A stretch of 64,000 bases of DNA from Macrostomum lignano. Lineage: Eukaryota. Every line of letters starts with the position of its first letter. The stretch's first letter is position 1. The stretch lies in assembly GCA_002269645.1 (NCBI GenBank), contig NIVC01003001.1, positions 62,001 through 126,000 of the forward strand. The letters run 5' to 3'. Below are positions 1-13,659 of this stretch, piece by piece. The notes under the pieces are model-generated. The model saw nothing but the letters and a program-made list of their open reading frames with translations, had not been told where the DNA came from and did no database searches. The position numbers were made by a program, and so were the translations under genes.

Positions 1-402
1 ATAAATTTAAATAAAAAATCTTGCAAATACATAAAAAATATAGATAATATCCTAGGCCTAGAGCTATGCTATAAGTATATCGGTTGATGGTCGTTTGTCT
101 GATGCCAGTTCGTCTGCCCTAATCGCATATTTAGGGCTTAGGCTGGGCCTATTACCTATATAGCATAGGCCTAGCCTTAGGACCTATACATTATAAGGGT
201 ATCCGGTAAAATATGGAATCTACCTGTAGCGGAATCAGAATAGAATAGCACAGTAACATGCTGAATCTGCAGCGGAAAGTTAAATTGTGAAATGAGCTGC
301 AGTTTCCGCTAGGCCTAACTTGAAGTAGGCCTAGGCTAAAAATCAAAATGTGGGAATTGAAAAATTAGCATTTTTGGAGTTGATACTCATATTGATACCC
401 AC

Positions 403-683
403 CAGTGGCGGATCTAGAGTTTCATTTGGGGGGGGGGCGGTCCAAGTTTGGGGAGCAAACACGAGTATAAGAGGCGCCAATTTTTAAGCTGGGGGGGGGA
501 ATGCGTGTAGGCCTACGGGGCAAAAAATCAAGCTTAGGGGGGGGGGCAAAAAGGCATTTGGAGGCAAAAAATCAAGTTTAGGGGGCGCAAATTTAGGTTT
601 TTTGGGGGCGCAATATGTTCTGTCAAGCTATTTTTGGGGGGGCCGCCCCCTCCCCCCCCGCACACCCCCTAAATCCGCCCCTG
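403..683. mobile_element. Short non-autonomous DNA transposon (MITE, hAT-like termini)
   Basis: Left end CAGTGGCGGATCTAG and right end CTAAATCCGCCCCTG are near-perfect inverted repeats; interior has G-run/GGGGGCGC repeats; no target-site duplication (TSD) found. Confidence 0.5.
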
Positions 684-3367
684 TCAAGGACTACTCAAGT
701 AAAATTAATATGCATGTATACTGTAATTGTATTTATAAGATCGCTGTAAGATCAGACGCCGGTCCTCAGTTTTTGGGAATCGTAAAATATAATTATCTAG
801 AAGAACTACAATGTAGTATATTTATATGCATGAAAAAAAGTATAAAAAACAAACATAATTTTAATAAGTCTACTGCGGTTAAAAGTTATGGTAAATGTAA
901 TTAAAGTTTGTTAAAACTTAATTACGTTCTAAATTGAGCAATCTGTATTATACATTTTAAAATTACAAAACATTTAAATTTACGACATTTAGCTAGATCG
1001 CAGTTGCAGTTGCGAGTGATTCGACATTGTAACTTAGTTAGATTATAACCAAAACCAAATAATACATATTCAGGTTCTAATAATGATAATAATGATATCA
1101 TTATTAACATATATATAATAATAATGATAAACCTTTTTAAACAAACGTAATGCCCTAAACTTAGGCCTAATTTCAAATACATTTAGCATTCATTAGGCCT
1201 ACGCACGTGGAGTGGTGCAAGCATGCAACGCAGTGCGACACTTGGCGTAGCCGCATAGTGCTTGTAATTCATATCAAAAAGGCCATGCACAGAATGGCCT
1301 AAATGTCAAAATTTGGCTAAATTATTGGCGTGCTCTGTGTAGGCCTAGCTGTGTTGTTTTGTTGGTATTGCCACCACTACACTACAAGGCCCTAGCCTCC
1401 AACAAGACCTAGAACAAGGCACAATGCCAAAAGATCCTTTATTGTCCTTGATTGATGCAAGGCCTCCTGGCCCTGGGCCTTGGCACACACTTTGATGCAG
1501 TCTATGTATCTTGGAGAGTGATTCCTTATCACATTTTTGCAGGACCCTTGTTCTTACTGGCTTAATGTCTACACATTTTCAAATTTATTCCATCCAATAG
1601 GCCTAGGTGTATATATTTGCTTCACTTTTTTTGGGTAATATTTTAAATTAAAACATTTTCATTTAAGTTCATTTTTCAATATTTTTCATTTTTGTTATGT
1701 ATTGTCATTGATTGTCTATTAAATTAGGCCTTATGTCATGATCATATATAGACCTACCTAAAAGCATCATTGAAATTGTAGGCCTAATATTAATAATAAT
1801 ATAGGGCCTAGGCCTAATTATAAAATAGCTAAAATAGATATTATACCACACTTATAAAAATGGCAGCTGTTTCTAGGCTAGGCCGCCTTGTCTAGATAAT
1901 ATTAGAGTTAGGCCTATAAACATAATAGCTATGTTCAACTCCAAAGAATATAGAATGTATCTCATATTGGAGATGATAGCCATATCAACAAAGTCTATAA
2001 GCCTATCTTATTTAAAATAGTTAATCTTATTTTCAAGACTTAAATATATTAAAAAGAGTAAAGACTAGAGATAGAACAAATATTAGATTTTACCAAATCT
2101 AAATACTGAATACATATATGCGCAACCTCCAAAATTTGGTCGGCTGTGCTACTTAGTTTTAGCAAAAATGTAATGTAGTTGTTGGCCAAAAATGAGACTT
2201 ATATATAAAAAATGCAATTAATGCAATTTTGGGTAACACAGCAGGACCAGGAGTAATTATAACTGTCTTATAAAGCCAAAATGCCTCATCAGCTACTTAG
2301 TACTACTACTTGGGTTTTTTTCGGGTGGGCATTTTTGCGACTTCCATGGTTGGCTACCAAATCGGTCAGCCGGATTGGCCGACTATTGCGCATGTATGAC
2401 TGAATATTTGGATATAAACTTGCCAAATAATGAATACCAAATACCATTTTACTCTTGACAGTACCTCACTATAACTATTACACTGCCTTAAACTTATCCT
2501 CAGACACTGTGAAGTACTACCATAGAGCAGATCTGGCTTTCTTTATAATAGCCACAAGCCATTCAAGTTAGAATTCTTATACCCTTCTAGAATATTCTTG
2601 TAGAAAAATGTAATAATTGTTTTTTATCTAAACTGTTATATATACTCGTGCATATATGTCTTCCATTTGAATGCATCCTACTGACAGGAACATTTCATTA
2701 TCAGCCAATAAGAAATTAACTCTGATTGGATTGGTTGGTACACAAAGCAGTCTAATGCAGAACTTTTGCACTTCTTTCTTGCACCTATTCAACTAAGTGC
2801 TAAACTTAATAGGCTAAATTTTAACTATAGTCTCTTAGCATCAATGTGCATTGGCACAAAATAGTCTTGTGCTAATAGTCTTATAAGAATAACTTGCATG
2901 TTGGAAGAAGACTGCGCCTATACAGTTTGCCTAATTACATGTATTCTTGCACACACATTATTCATACCTGTATAAAATCTGCTAAGCTTTGAGAATACTG
3001 GCTTGAATAAATCTTTCCCACATTTCATGATTTGCTAAAACTGCAAAAATACATTTTCTTTTGGACTATAGGCTATAGCCTTTGACACAATAATGATGCA
3101 ATAGCAAAGGCTATCAAATCAGATAAATCTTGCTAGCCAAGCAGATAGGCATGAAAGTGGGGGTAGGGAAGCAAGTAGACATGAAAGTTAAGGTACCATA
3201 ATGCATTGCATGTAGACAACAAAGCAAGTGTTATCATATCTAAGCTTTGAACTATAATAAAAATACTGCTTCCTATATAAATTTGCTCATTTAAAATATT
3301 TCATTTGCTCTTGTTTTATTCTTGTATTTGTTAAAAATTTGAAACAAATCCAAGAACAAAACAAATA

Positions 3368-4156
3368 GGGCCATTCCATATAATTATGGTCGTAACATGA
3401 CAGACTATTTTTACTTATAAAATGAAATCTAATAATAGAATATACTAAACCAATATTTTGAATGAAAGATTATTTTGTCAAGAATATATTTATAAAGTTT
3501 CATATAGATATCATCATTAGTATAGATGCTATTAACCCTTGAATGGCACTTATGGTCGTAACAACAGGATTTTTGACATATAGAAACTAAAAGGTAAAAG
3601 TCTTATAACATTTTTCATTTTTGATATTTTGCAATAATTTTTTTTAAATTTGACTAAGAACATCTTTAGAAGTCATACTCTTTTATTAGAAAATATAAAC
3701 TCAAAAAGGCAAAAAAGATACAAAAGAAAAGGCAGCCTTATGGTCGTAACATTATGGTCGTAACATATTTTTTTCTGTCAATTCAGTAACTTTGAAGTAC
3801 TAATGTATTAAAAATATAATAGATTATATGGTTGCTAATGTTTTTATCTGATGATGCAAGTACTATAATTTTATAAATAGTTTGTTTTAACCTTCTAAAG
3901 CTTTCTATTTGTTTTTAAAAGGTACATAAACTTAATGATGTCTTTTGCTTAGAAAATGTCCAATTTTTTTACAAAAATAACTTTTTGCCAATTGATAACA
4001 TACTAATCCAACATTTTATCATTTATTTTTTCTTAGATTGTATACATTACATACAAAAAAGATTTGGTAAAAAAAATTGGCTGATAAGGCAATGACAAGC
4101 AAAAAGATTGACTTTTTTCTATTTTCTAAATATGTCCATCTTATATGAAATGGGCC
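3368..4156. mobile_element. AT-rich MITE with 16-bp TIRs and internal repeated motif
   Basis: GGGCCATTCCATATAA (3368) versus TTATATGAAATGGGCC (4141-4156); TATGGTCGTAACA recurs at about 3385, 3551, 3739 and 3753. No clear TSD. Confidence 0.5.
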
Positions 4157-5975
4157 AATAACAAAAAATAACCTACTTTCCAAATACTGAATACAAATAC
4201 CAAATATTTGCTACATCTCTAGTAGAGACTGGGGCAATATTTTTGGCCTTTTACTCTAACAATATTGGTATATATACAAATAGCTAAGTTTCCTTAACCT
4301 TTTAAAAATTTGGTAAATTAAATTGTATTTATTCTCATTTAAAATTGTTATTCTTTGACTTTGCCTTATTTTTTTCTACTAAGTTGTATAGCTTTCTTTT
4401 TTAATACTAAATTAAAGTTTTTTAGTTTCTTTTTTTATTTAATTTTGATTTTTTAATTTATTGAAATGTATAATGACCTTTGCTGCTTCTGCCTCCTGCC
4501 TTCTACTAAGCTGCTAACGCTGATTGTTAATGTAAGTGTTCTAATTTTTTATCTTGAAATAAAAATTATTTTTCTATTTTCAGCTTTTCCCCTTAAAAAG
4601 TCATCTTTTTTGCAAGAAAACTTCAATAAATAATTGCTATTAAAAAAAAAAGTGATAACTTAATCAAAACAAATTTATATTTTGCACATCATAATATAAA
4701 ACTGGCTTGGAAGAAACAAATTAAATCAAAAGGTTAAACCATAGCTCAGATATTTTTTGCCTTAGCCACTTGCTTTTTGTTTATTAAAAGTTATACTAAG
4801 TGCAACTTGGTAATTCTAAAGTGGTTATTTCACAGCTATTGCATAAACATCAATTAATTGTTTTTGGAAGTGCCCTGAAGTTTCATCTGGTTCATATAGA
4901 TTCTAGATTCCCCTCAATTTTTTGCAAGTCCTAATAAAATGTACATAAAAAGCAAAAATATTGCACATGCTCTCAGAAATGGCTCAAGGTATATTAAGAG
5001 CTAATGGATAAATCAGTAGTAAAATGCTTTTGTAGTTCTAAATTTTCATATCTTGGACTGCACAAGAATGTCAATGTAAGTATATCTTTTTATAATTATT
5101 GAAACTTTATTACAGTATTGATTAATAATGTTTTTATTTTGTAAAAGAAACATGTCTAAATAGTGCACTTTATCTTGATGTTTGTTTTGTACAAAGATTA
5201 TTTTTTGAGTTACTAAAAGCTCAAAATTTGACTAGCTTAGCTTAATTTTGCTGTCACAACAGTTTCAACTATTGTACTTAAGACTATACTAGGCATTTAT
5301 TAAGTTTTAAGTTCAAGTATTTATCCAAATTTTTTTCTAGATTGTTAGCTCTGAAGTTTATGGTGTAGGATTTCTTTAATAGTTGTAATCTCAAGGCATG
5401 AGATTTATGACTCATTAATGACTTATGGCATTAAACAATAATTGCTTGATCCAATTATGTAAATGCAGTACATTAAATTATAAAACCTTAAGTTTAATCG
5501 ATTTTTTAAGTGTAGACTAGTTAGTTGGTTAATTATATATCATATGTAGAATTTTAACAAAAGGAGTAAAAAGTTATTTATTACTAGAATTAGTGCCTAG
5601 AAATTGTTAAATCAAAATTTTTGTTCAAAATGCATGTGCTACATTTTAGGCTTTTAGGCGTTTTTCTATTATAACTTCAGTTTTAGTTTTGTTAACATTG
5701 TTTTCTGTTTCATGCTGCGAGTCGAAATAGTTTTTTGAATTAACAATTTTAGCTTTTAAACTAACAGCATGTTACTAGTAATAATTTTTTGACAACTAAG
5801 TTTTGATAAAAAAAGCAAAATTAAAAGCAAAATACTTTTTAACTCCAATCAGTTATATTTATAAACATTAAAGCCTCCTATTCCCTGGCCAGAATCAATA
5901 ATTCTCCCAGCCGGCTTGGCGGCTCCCCACTGCATCATTGCAGATCTGCAATCCACTGCCTCCGCGCTGCTTCTC

Positions 5976-8900
5976 ATGGCCGACTCAGACGACGACTACG
6001 ATCGGCGCAAGGCCCGCGACAAGTTCAAACAGGAGCGACGCGACTTCGACAGCGGCAGCAGCCGGTCCAGGCAGCAGTCCGATCGCTCCTCGCCTTCTGG
6101 CGGCGGCTACGGCGGAGGTCCCCGCCGTCAGAACTACCACCACTCGTCGCGTCAGGACTACTATTATCACGATAGGGGCGGCGGCTACGAAGGCGGCGGC
6201 GGCGGCCCGCCGTTCAAGCGACAGCGCCGAGACGACGGCCCTCCTGGTCCACCGCCGCATGGCGGCGACGACGGCTGGGGCGCCGGCGGTGGTCGCGGGC
6301 CGCACGGTCGCTACAATTATCCGCGTGACTCGCAGCCGCCTCCGCCGCCCTTGATGCCGCCGCACGGAGCCGGTGGCATGGGACCGCCTCCGCATCAGCA
6401 GCAACAGCCGCCAATGATGCAGCCGCTCATGCAGCATCCGCACGGTCCGGCTGGCGCTTCTAGCTCTTCGAATGCCAATGTGTTGAAGACGTTTAAACAG
6501 TTTCTACTTGAGCAGGATGATGGCATCACTGAGCAGGAGGCCCTAAATAGGTTTGTAATGGTTTACTTGTCTTGTCAGCAAGGCTGTTATACTATATTTA
6601 AAGGCTGATCCTGTCTGTCAACTAGGCTGTAATCTTGTCTGTCCTCTAGGCTGTAATCCTGTCTGTCAACTAGGTTGTAATCTTGTCTGTCCATGTCTGT
6701 CATCGAGGCTGTAATCTTGTCTGTCAACTAGGCTGTAATCTTGTCTGTCAACTAGGTTGTAATCTTGTCTGTCCATGTCTGTCATCTAGGCTGTAATCTT
6801 GTCTGTCAACTAGGCTGTAATCTTGTCTGTCCTCTAGGCTGTAATCCTGTCTGTCAACTAGGTTGTAATCTTGTCTGTCCATGTCTGTCATCTAGGCTGT
6901 AATCTTGTCTGTCAACTAGGCTGTAATCTTGTCTGTCAACTAGGCTGTAATCTTGTCTGTCAACTAGGCTTTAATCTTGTCTGTCAACTTGGCTGTAATC
7001 CTGTACCCCGTACAGACTGATCCTCTGTCTACTATAAACTATCATGCCGAATAGTAACTAATAGAATAAAGCCACCGCCTGCCAGGTACCGAGCCTACAA
7101 AGAAGAATTCGTTCGTCGTCAACTGGCGGAATTCTTTGACGCTCACAAATCCGAGGAATGGTTCAAGGAGAAATACCACCCGGACTTCTACGAGGAGAAT
7201 ATTCGCCGCTGCCAGGAAAATGTTAACAAACGTCTGCGTGCATTCAACGAGCTGCAGTCTATGGGCCTGTTGGATGACCGCGTGGTGCACATCGACCAGG
7301 CCAAGGAGCTGGTGAAGTTCATGGACTCGCTAGTCATCCTGCTGGAGGGTGGCTGCGCCGAAGACTTCGAAATACTTGACGCGCCGCCGGACAACGCCGC
7401 CGACGATGGCGACGGAGACGACGCGGAAGAGGGCGAAGCTGAGAGGCCGCCAATCAAGGCTAAACCCGCCGCCTCTTCTGCTTCTGGTGCTGCGGCCGCT
7501 AAAGCAGCAGCAGCAGCAGTCCCTGATTCTGGCAAAGCGGAGGACGAAGCGGGCGGCAAGTTGTCTAAGAAAAAATCGCGTCACAAGTCCGCCGGCAGCA
7601 GCTCCAGCTCCAGCTCTTCGTCCAGCTCCTCGTCTGACTCATCATCTTCATCTTCGTCTGACAATTCCGACCATTCGGATGCCGAGAATGGCGGTAAGTC
7701 GCTTTGATCCCAAAATCTGGAAGCTGAGTCGTTTTTCCCTGATCCCCAAATCTAAAAGTTGAGTCGTTTTTCCCTAATCCCCAAATCTAAAAGTTGAGTC
7801 GCTTTTCCCTGATCCCCAAATCTGAAACTTGAGTCGCTTTTCCCTGATCCCCAAATCTGAAGTTAAGTCGCTTTTCCCTGTTCCCCAGATCTGAAAGTTG
7901 AATCGCTTTTCCCTGATCCCAAAATTTGAAATTTGATTTGGTTTAACTTCATCCCAAAATTCGGAATTTGAGTTGGTTTACTTTCATCCCAAATTGGGAA
8001 GTTGAGTTACTTTACCTTCATCCCAAAATTGGGAAGTTTAGTCACTTACCTTGATCCCAAAATTGGGAAGTTGAGTCGCTTAACCTTGATTCCAAAATTG
8101 GGAAGTTGAGTCGCTTAACCTTGATCCCAAAATTGGGAAGTTCGAGTCACGTCATTGATTCTCAATTTGGGATTTTGATTAGCCTGTCTCAGATTTCAAG
8201 CAGAACTGAGATGCCTACTATCAGTACGATGCATTCCAGATTAGTCTAATAAGTCTGTCACTAACAGAACACCCAAAACATGCCAATTACCCACAGAACG
8301 CAAGGCGAAGTCCACCAAGAACAAGTCCAAAGATCGGGGCAAAGCTGAAGAAGCCACAGCAGCTGCTGGCGATCTGCCAGTTAGCGGCTACTCTGCTGCG
8401 GCTTCAGCTGATGACGCCCCAGCTGACACGGCTGCCGCTGCTGCACCAGACAGCGGCAAGCCCGACGCTGCCGGCGATGAGGCTGCAAAGACAGAGGCCT
8501 CATCTGCTAAGCTGGAGTCGCCTGCAGAACAGCCAAAGGCGGAGGAATCGCAGTCCACTGAGCCGAAGCAGCCAAAAATTGACAGCTCAAAGGCGCAAGA
8601 CGAGGAGCAGGATGAGCAGGGAGAGCTGAGACTGCCTAGGCGGCCTCGGCCACTGCATAAAACTCAGTCGATATTTCTGCGCAATCTGCACCCCAGCATC
8701 ACCCGCAAAGAAGTTGAAGCTCTGTGCAAAGCCTATCCAGGCTTTGTGCGCCTGGCACTGCAGGATCCTCTGGCTGAACGAAAATTCTTCCGGCGCGGTT
8801 GGATTACGTTCAAGCACGATGTTAATATCAAGGAGATCTGCTGGAATTTGAATAATATTCGGTAGGTTTTATTTACTATTTACAGTTAAATACTGTTGGG

Positions 8901-11585
8901 TCTGTCAAGCCCTATGAGAACGACTCAAACGACTAATGCATGCGACGGAGAGTCATGTTGAGTAACGAGCGCATCACTTAGTGTACATGCCTAACGATAA
9001 AATAAAGTTAGGGTTGCTGTACACTCCTGTGTGAGTGTGTGCCTGCGTACGTATCCGCGCGCTTGTATGCCTGCTCAGGGGCGTCGGCGGAATGGGCAGT
9101 AATGCCTCTCGCCGGTTGTGTGCCTATGTCGCTTAAAGTGCGCCAGGGTGCACACAACCCCCTGCCTCTAATAAAAAAGATAATAAAAAACGGCTGGGTG
9201 AATCACAGTTTGCGCAGGTATGCTGGGGCGACGCAAGTGACTCTGGGACGCCTCTGGCCTGGGTTTTTATGAAACTTTAGGGGATGTGATGTGAGCTTTG
9301 GCCATAGACAGCTGCGCGTTTTTTCATGCTTAGTGTGGTTGAGAGCGAGGCGATGATACGAGCATGCTTTCTTTTGATTAATCCCATCAATAACATCACC
9401 CTTCAATACGCCACCAGCCTGAAAGAGTGCGACCTGGGCGCTATTGTAAATCGCGAGCTGTCTATGCGGGTCAGACCAATCATGACCGTGGCCAATCATC
9501 GCACAGTGATGCGCCAGGATATTCGATTGGCTGCTAAAATTGTACAGCAGCTCGACGCTAAGCAGGGCCTGCATACGGTGGCAAACGGATCTGAGTCAGC
9601 TAAGCCGGCCGCTGCGCCGCAACTGCCAACTGATTTGGTCACCTCAACGGCTGGAGCCAACTGTCCTGTGGTGGGCGCCGCCGCTAGCAGCAATCCTTTG
9701 TTGAAAAACTTGGCCGAGTTTATCGTCGATGAGGGCAGCTACGAGGAGGAGGCTCTGTTAGGTTGGTTATTTAAATTTTTATTTTGCCTGTGCGATCATG
9801 CAGCCACTTGTGCGTCACCTGTGCTATCATGCAGCCATCTCTGTGTGTGTCACCTGTGCTATCATGCAGCCATCTCTGTGTGTGTCACCTGTGCTATCAT
9901 GCAGCCATCTCTGTGTGTGTCACCTGTGCTATCATGCAGCCAGTTCTCACACGCCAGCTCCCCTCTTGACCATACAACAGGCGGCGTGTCTCTCGAGTCG
10001 CAGTCTGGCGGCGACGCCGAAGTAAAAATCGAGATCGAGCCGTCCCTGCAAGGCAAGCTAGACCGCCTCATTCTCTACCTGCGTGCCGTGCACAGCGTTG
10101 ATTTCTATTCGGCCACCGAGTACCCGAGCGAGGACGACATGCCGCACAGATGCGGAATCATGCACGCCCGCGGCGCTGTCACCATGCCTGACAAGCCAAT
10201 TTTACAGCGCGAAGTTGACAATTACATGCGCGAATTCGAGTCTAAAGTGCAATCACTGACGCAGTTTGTTAATCCTATCGCCTCCGAGGACGCCAAGAAG
10301 TTAGGATTGCGCGATGAAGAATCTGCCGTTGAAAAATTCATCCAGGACAATACCAAGGAGCTCGGCCAGGACAAGGTAATGGAGATTCTGTGCGGTTGTT
10401 GATCCCATCAGGTTCGATAGTGAGGCTGCTAATCCCATCGGGTTCGATAGTGAGGCTGCTAATCCCATCTGGTTCGATAGTGAGGCTGCTAATCCCATCG
10501 GGTTCGATAGTGAGGCTGCTAATCCCATCGGGTTCGATAGTGAGGCTGCTAATCCCATCTGGTTCGATAGTGAGGCTGCTAATCCCATTTGGTTCAATAG
10601 TGAGGCTGCTAATCCCATCAGGTTCGATAGTGAGGCTGCTAATCCCATTGGGTTCGATAGTGAGGCTGCTAATCCCATCAGGTTCGATAGTGAGGCTGCT
10701 AATCCTATCGGGTTCGATAGTGAGGCTGCTAATCCCATCTGGTTCGATAGTGAGGCTGCTAATCCCATCGGGTTCGATAGTGAGGCTGCTAATCCCATCT
10801 GGTTCGATAGTGAGGCTGCTAATCCCATCGGGTTCGATAGTGAGGCTGCTAATCCCATCGGGTTCGATAGTGAGGCTGCTAATCCCATCAGGTTCGATTG
10901 TGAGGCTGCTAATCCCATCAGGGCTGTTACTGCTCTTGCTAATCTGGTCCTTATGTGTACAGTTTAGTTGCTAGTCCGTCAATATAATTACTAACTGTAA
11001 TTTGTACCGCTGTGCAATGTCTCATTTCAGTGGCTGTGCCCGCTATCCGGCAAGAAGTTCAAAGGCCCTGAGTTCATCAAGAAGCACATCTTCAACAAGC
11101 ACCAATCGGCCGTTGACGATGTCCGCAAAGATGTGCAGTACTTCAACAACTACATCAGGGACCCGAAGCGGCCTCACGTAGCCGATCCGGCTCATCACAG
11201 CCAGCAGCAGCAACAGCAGCAGCAACAGCACTACATGATGCAGCAGCAGCAGCAGCAGCAGCAGATGGGCGGTCGAATGCAAGGAGGCGGCCCTGGCGGC
11301 GGCTTTCCACGCGGCGGTCGCGACTTCGACTACGGCGGCGGCGGCGGCGGCTACGGAGGACCCCGCTATGACCAGGGCGGTCGGAGGCCTCCGCCCGAAT
11401 TTTACGGAGGCGGCGGCGGCGGCTATCCGCAGCAGCGCGAGTTTGGCGGCGGTCGCGGCGGCTACTTCAACGATCGATTCGGTGGTGGCGGCCCACGCGG
11501 CGGCTTCCGCGGCGGCCGGCCGATGGCCCCCACTGGCCGCAAGCTCATTAACTACCAGGATCTGGACGCGCCGGAGGATTTTTGA
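5976..11585 (+). CDS. SRRT: Serrate RNA effector molecule homolog (ARS2), about 1013 aa, 6 exons
   Basis: Exons 5976-6550, 7086-7693, 8297-8861, 9418-9761, 9981-10375, 11031-11585; all GT-AG and phase-consistent (3042 nt). Hallmarks: [43 protein letters not shown]...RRGWITF...[29 protein letters not shown], zinc finger [25 protein letters not shown]-terminal [10 protein letters not shown]. Confidence 0.97.
6607..7010. repeat. Minisatellite, about 24-bp unit (CTAGGCTGTAATCTTGTCTGTCAA), SRRT intron 1
   Basis: Direct tandem copies visible in the sequence. Confidence 0.9.
7695..8150. repeat. Diverging minisatellite, about 35-37-bp unit, SRRT intron 2
   Basis: GATCCCCAAATCTGAAAGTTGAGTCGCTTTTCCCT repeats, drifting in sequence along the array. 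Confidence 0.85.
9790..9940. repeat. Short minisatellite (TGTGTGTCACCTGTGCTATCATGCAGCCATCTC), SRRT intron 4
   Basis: About 4 tandem copies; explains the repetitive middle of ORF 9326-10402. Confidence 0.85.
10400..10920. repeat. 30-bp minisatellite (GGTTCGATAGTGAGGCTGCTAATCCCATCN), SRRT intron 5
   Basis: About 17 near-identical copies. Confidence 0.95.
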
Positions 11586-12148
11586 AATCGCCAGCTCAAT
11601 GCGGTTTGTGTGTTAGTTTCATTGTTTATTAATAATAATTAATTACAGTCGAACTCGATTTGCATCAAACTACACGTTGTTTATTTTTTCCCGCCTGGGG
11701 GTTTTTACTACGCCGCGAAGTTTTGACTACTATGACCCGAGCCCAACCCTGTTGTCATTGCTCATTTGCTTTCCCATATAATTATTATATTAGTCTCTGA
11801 AGTCGCCTGTGTAGTAGTTGTGCGGCCTGGCAATGCTGATTTGAAGCAATTCGTGACCGAAAATCTTGTTAGTCTGTTTGGCTCTCGGTCTCCGTGTTTG
11901 AATTTCTCTTTCTCGCGTTTTAATTATAGTTAATAACTAATAATTCAATATATAAAATGAAAATATATTTACCACCTTGTTGCTGCAAACAAACCGGAGC
12001 GAACAGGTGATTAAAACAAAAATGAAGCAACAATTTAAACAGAACAATCCAAAGTTCGAATTGCAATCGGTGAAAAATCTGTTGTGCTGTTTTCTCGATA
12101 TTTTTTCAGATTTTCTGATACTTTTGTTTGTATTTATTCATAGTAAAT

Positions 12149-12760
12149 ATACCTTTTAACAATTTTTTGGACATAAGTGAAGTTAATTTAGTCATTAGCC
12201 AGCTCAGTCCTAGAAAAGTGAGTTTGATTTAGTCAGCACTCGGGGTTTACCATAGACTATGGTAAAGAAATGAAATCGATTTAGTCAAGTGCCACGTATT
12301 TAAACCATGGAGGAAAGAATAGAATGGAGTGCTAATCTGAGCATAGTTCGAGCTCGCATCAAAATAGCTTTCAGCCAATAGGAAAGAACGGGGGGGGGAG
12401 ATAAAAATAACTGGCTCAGATTAGCACTCCATTCTATTCTTTCCTCCATGATTTAAACCCTTCCATGACTTGATTTTAGTCAAAGTGAATTTTATTTAGT
12501 CATCATGTCTGTGTTCGTTTGCGTTCTTGTTTCACTACTTGTATCTTCTTAAAGCTATAACGAATAAATAAAATTCACTTTGACTTACGAAAAGTTACGA
12601 AAGACGGATTTAGAGGAACTTGACTAAATCGATTTCATTTCTTAACTATAGTCTATGGTAAGCCCCGACTGCTGACTAAATCAAACTCACTTTTCTAGGA
12701 CTGAGCTGGCTAATGACTAAATTAACTTCACTTATGTCCAAAAAAATTGTTAAAAGGTAT
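12149..12760. mobile_element. MITE with about 140-bp TIRs containing a nested second MITE (about 12299-12457)
   Basis: 12149-~12290 is the reverse complement of ~12620-12760 (TA-flanked TACCTTTTAAC...GTTAAAAGGTA); inner inverted pair CCATGGAGGAAAGAATAGAATGGAGTGCTAATCTGAGC / GCTCAGATTAGCACTCCATTCTATTCTTTCCTCCATG is flanked by TTTAAA. Confidence 0.75.
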
Positions 12761-13149
12761 AATAGCTCGCAAAAAGAAGTAACGATTGGCTACTTAATTT
12801 GTGCTACTTTTAGTAGTACTTATACCGGTATTTAAACAAGCAGTTGCTAGCACAGCACGTTGTAACTAGTATAAATGTATTTAGTTATAAAGCTTGGGTA
12901 ATATAATTTGTATGTAAATCATGTTAACAGCAACCTGCTTTGTGGCTTAACTAGCGTGTGCGTACATGTAAGCCGCAGGTGTGACGCTTTGAAGGCAATG
13001 GGTGAAAAATAGAATTTTCATATCGGGTTGAAGCAGCTGCTGCAAGTACCATGGTAAGCGTGCATATTGTTGATTGGGCAGCAGTTGGGCTTGTCATCGG
13101 CTACTGCTCAGCCGCCTCTCGTAATTGCAAAATGGTAGTAGATAACGCG

Positions 13150-13582
13150 TGTCCAACAGGTGGTTTCCAACAGTCACTTTTGTAACCTGTCTAATTAACA
13201 AGTGGTTTCCTGCAGTCACTTTAGTAGCCTGTCTAATTAACAGGTGGTTTTCAGCAGTCACTTTAGTAGCCTGTGTAATTAACAAGTGGTTTCCTGCAGT
13301 CACTTTAGTAACCTGTCTAATTAACAGGTGGTTTCCTCCAGTCACTATAGTAGCCTGTGTAATTAACAGGTGGTTTTCAGCAGTCACTTTAGTAGCCTGT
13401 CTAATTAACAGGTGGTTTTCAGCAGTCACTTTAGTAGCCTGTCTAATTAACAGGTGGTTTTCAGCAGTCACTTTAGTAGCCTGTCTAATTAACAGGTGGT
13501 TTTACAGTCACTTTAGTAGCCTGTCTAATTAACAGGTGGTTTTACAGTCACTTTAGTAGCCTGTCTAATTAACAGGTGGTTT
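13150..13582. repeat. 42-bp minisatellite
   Basis: CAGTCACTTTAGTAGCCTGTCTAATTAACAGGTGGTTTTCAG, about 10 copies. Confidence 0.95.
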
Positions 13583-13659
13583 CAAACAGATATCCCAAGA
13601 TACTTAGCTCGGACATACTATTCCCCAGTCCTGACCTGCATGTCACTAATTCACAGTTC

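Noticed and set aside
10301-10974. Repetitive ORFs ([10 protein letters not shown] / [10 protein letters not shown])
   Set aside because: 30-bp repeat inside SRRT intron 5, bounded by valid splice sites.
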